Assembly: GCA_002070055.1 (NCBI GenBank)
Contig: MWCM01000001.1
Span: 16,308-80,307, forward strand
Length of the DNA stretch: 64,000 nt
Direction: 5' to 3'
From: a bacterium ADurb.Bin212
Lineage (GTDB): Bacteria; Patescibacteriota; UBA1384; XYA2-FULL-43-10
In this document: positions 63,946-64,000 of the stretch, piece after piece
Layout: each line of letters starts with the position of its first letter
Numbering within the stretch: position 1 is the stretch's first letter
Program-made: the position numbers and the translations under genes
Notes under the pieces: model-generated
Seen by the model: the letters and a program-made list of their open reading frames with translations, nothing else
Database searches by the model: none
What the model was told of the DNA's origin: nothing

Positions 63946-64000
63946 GTCGAATACTATTCTAAAATCGGTTACCAATTTTATAAGAATTAGCCCTGTATGT

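Overview
This 64 kb window is AT-rich (roughly high-30s % GC by eye) and carries the housekeeping genes of a small genome: gltX, dnaX, dnaB, holA, a polA that lacks a 3'-5' exonuclease domain and is split into two ORFs, lepB, rpsT, rpsO, pnp, tRNA-Gln and tRNA-Glu. It also holds a type IV pilus locus (pilM/N/O/C plus an HU-domain::PilB fusion ATPase) with an adjacent two-component system, an ABC transporter, a P-type ATPase, an MFS pump and four paralogous TrmB-like regulators (one fused to a Nudix hydrolase). The gene content and architecture fit a CPR/Patescibacteria-like or other reduced AT-rich bacterium; this is inference, not a database hit. Superimposed on this background are seven short GC-rich patches (about 55-62 % GC), each carrying one or two small ORFs with their own RBS and terminator, all of unassigned function; one of these (8431-9160) is a two-gene module, and one carries an outer-membrane beta-barrel gene interrupted by an in-frame TAG. 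A further, similarly GC-rich radical SAM fragment sits at the window edge (1-327). Other notable features are two promoter-to-terminator GC-rich candidate small RNAs, a HypC-like::radical SAM fusion, a TIR-flanked cassette carrying a four-helix-bundle gene, a MITE-like palindromic repeat whose fragments sit in frame inside polA and the HypC::radical SAM gene, and a GIY-YIG ORF overlapping tRNA-Gln next to duplicated tRNA 3'-end fragments. No CRISPR array and no rRNA were found. Functional calls rest on motifs I could read in the translations; nothing was checked against a database.
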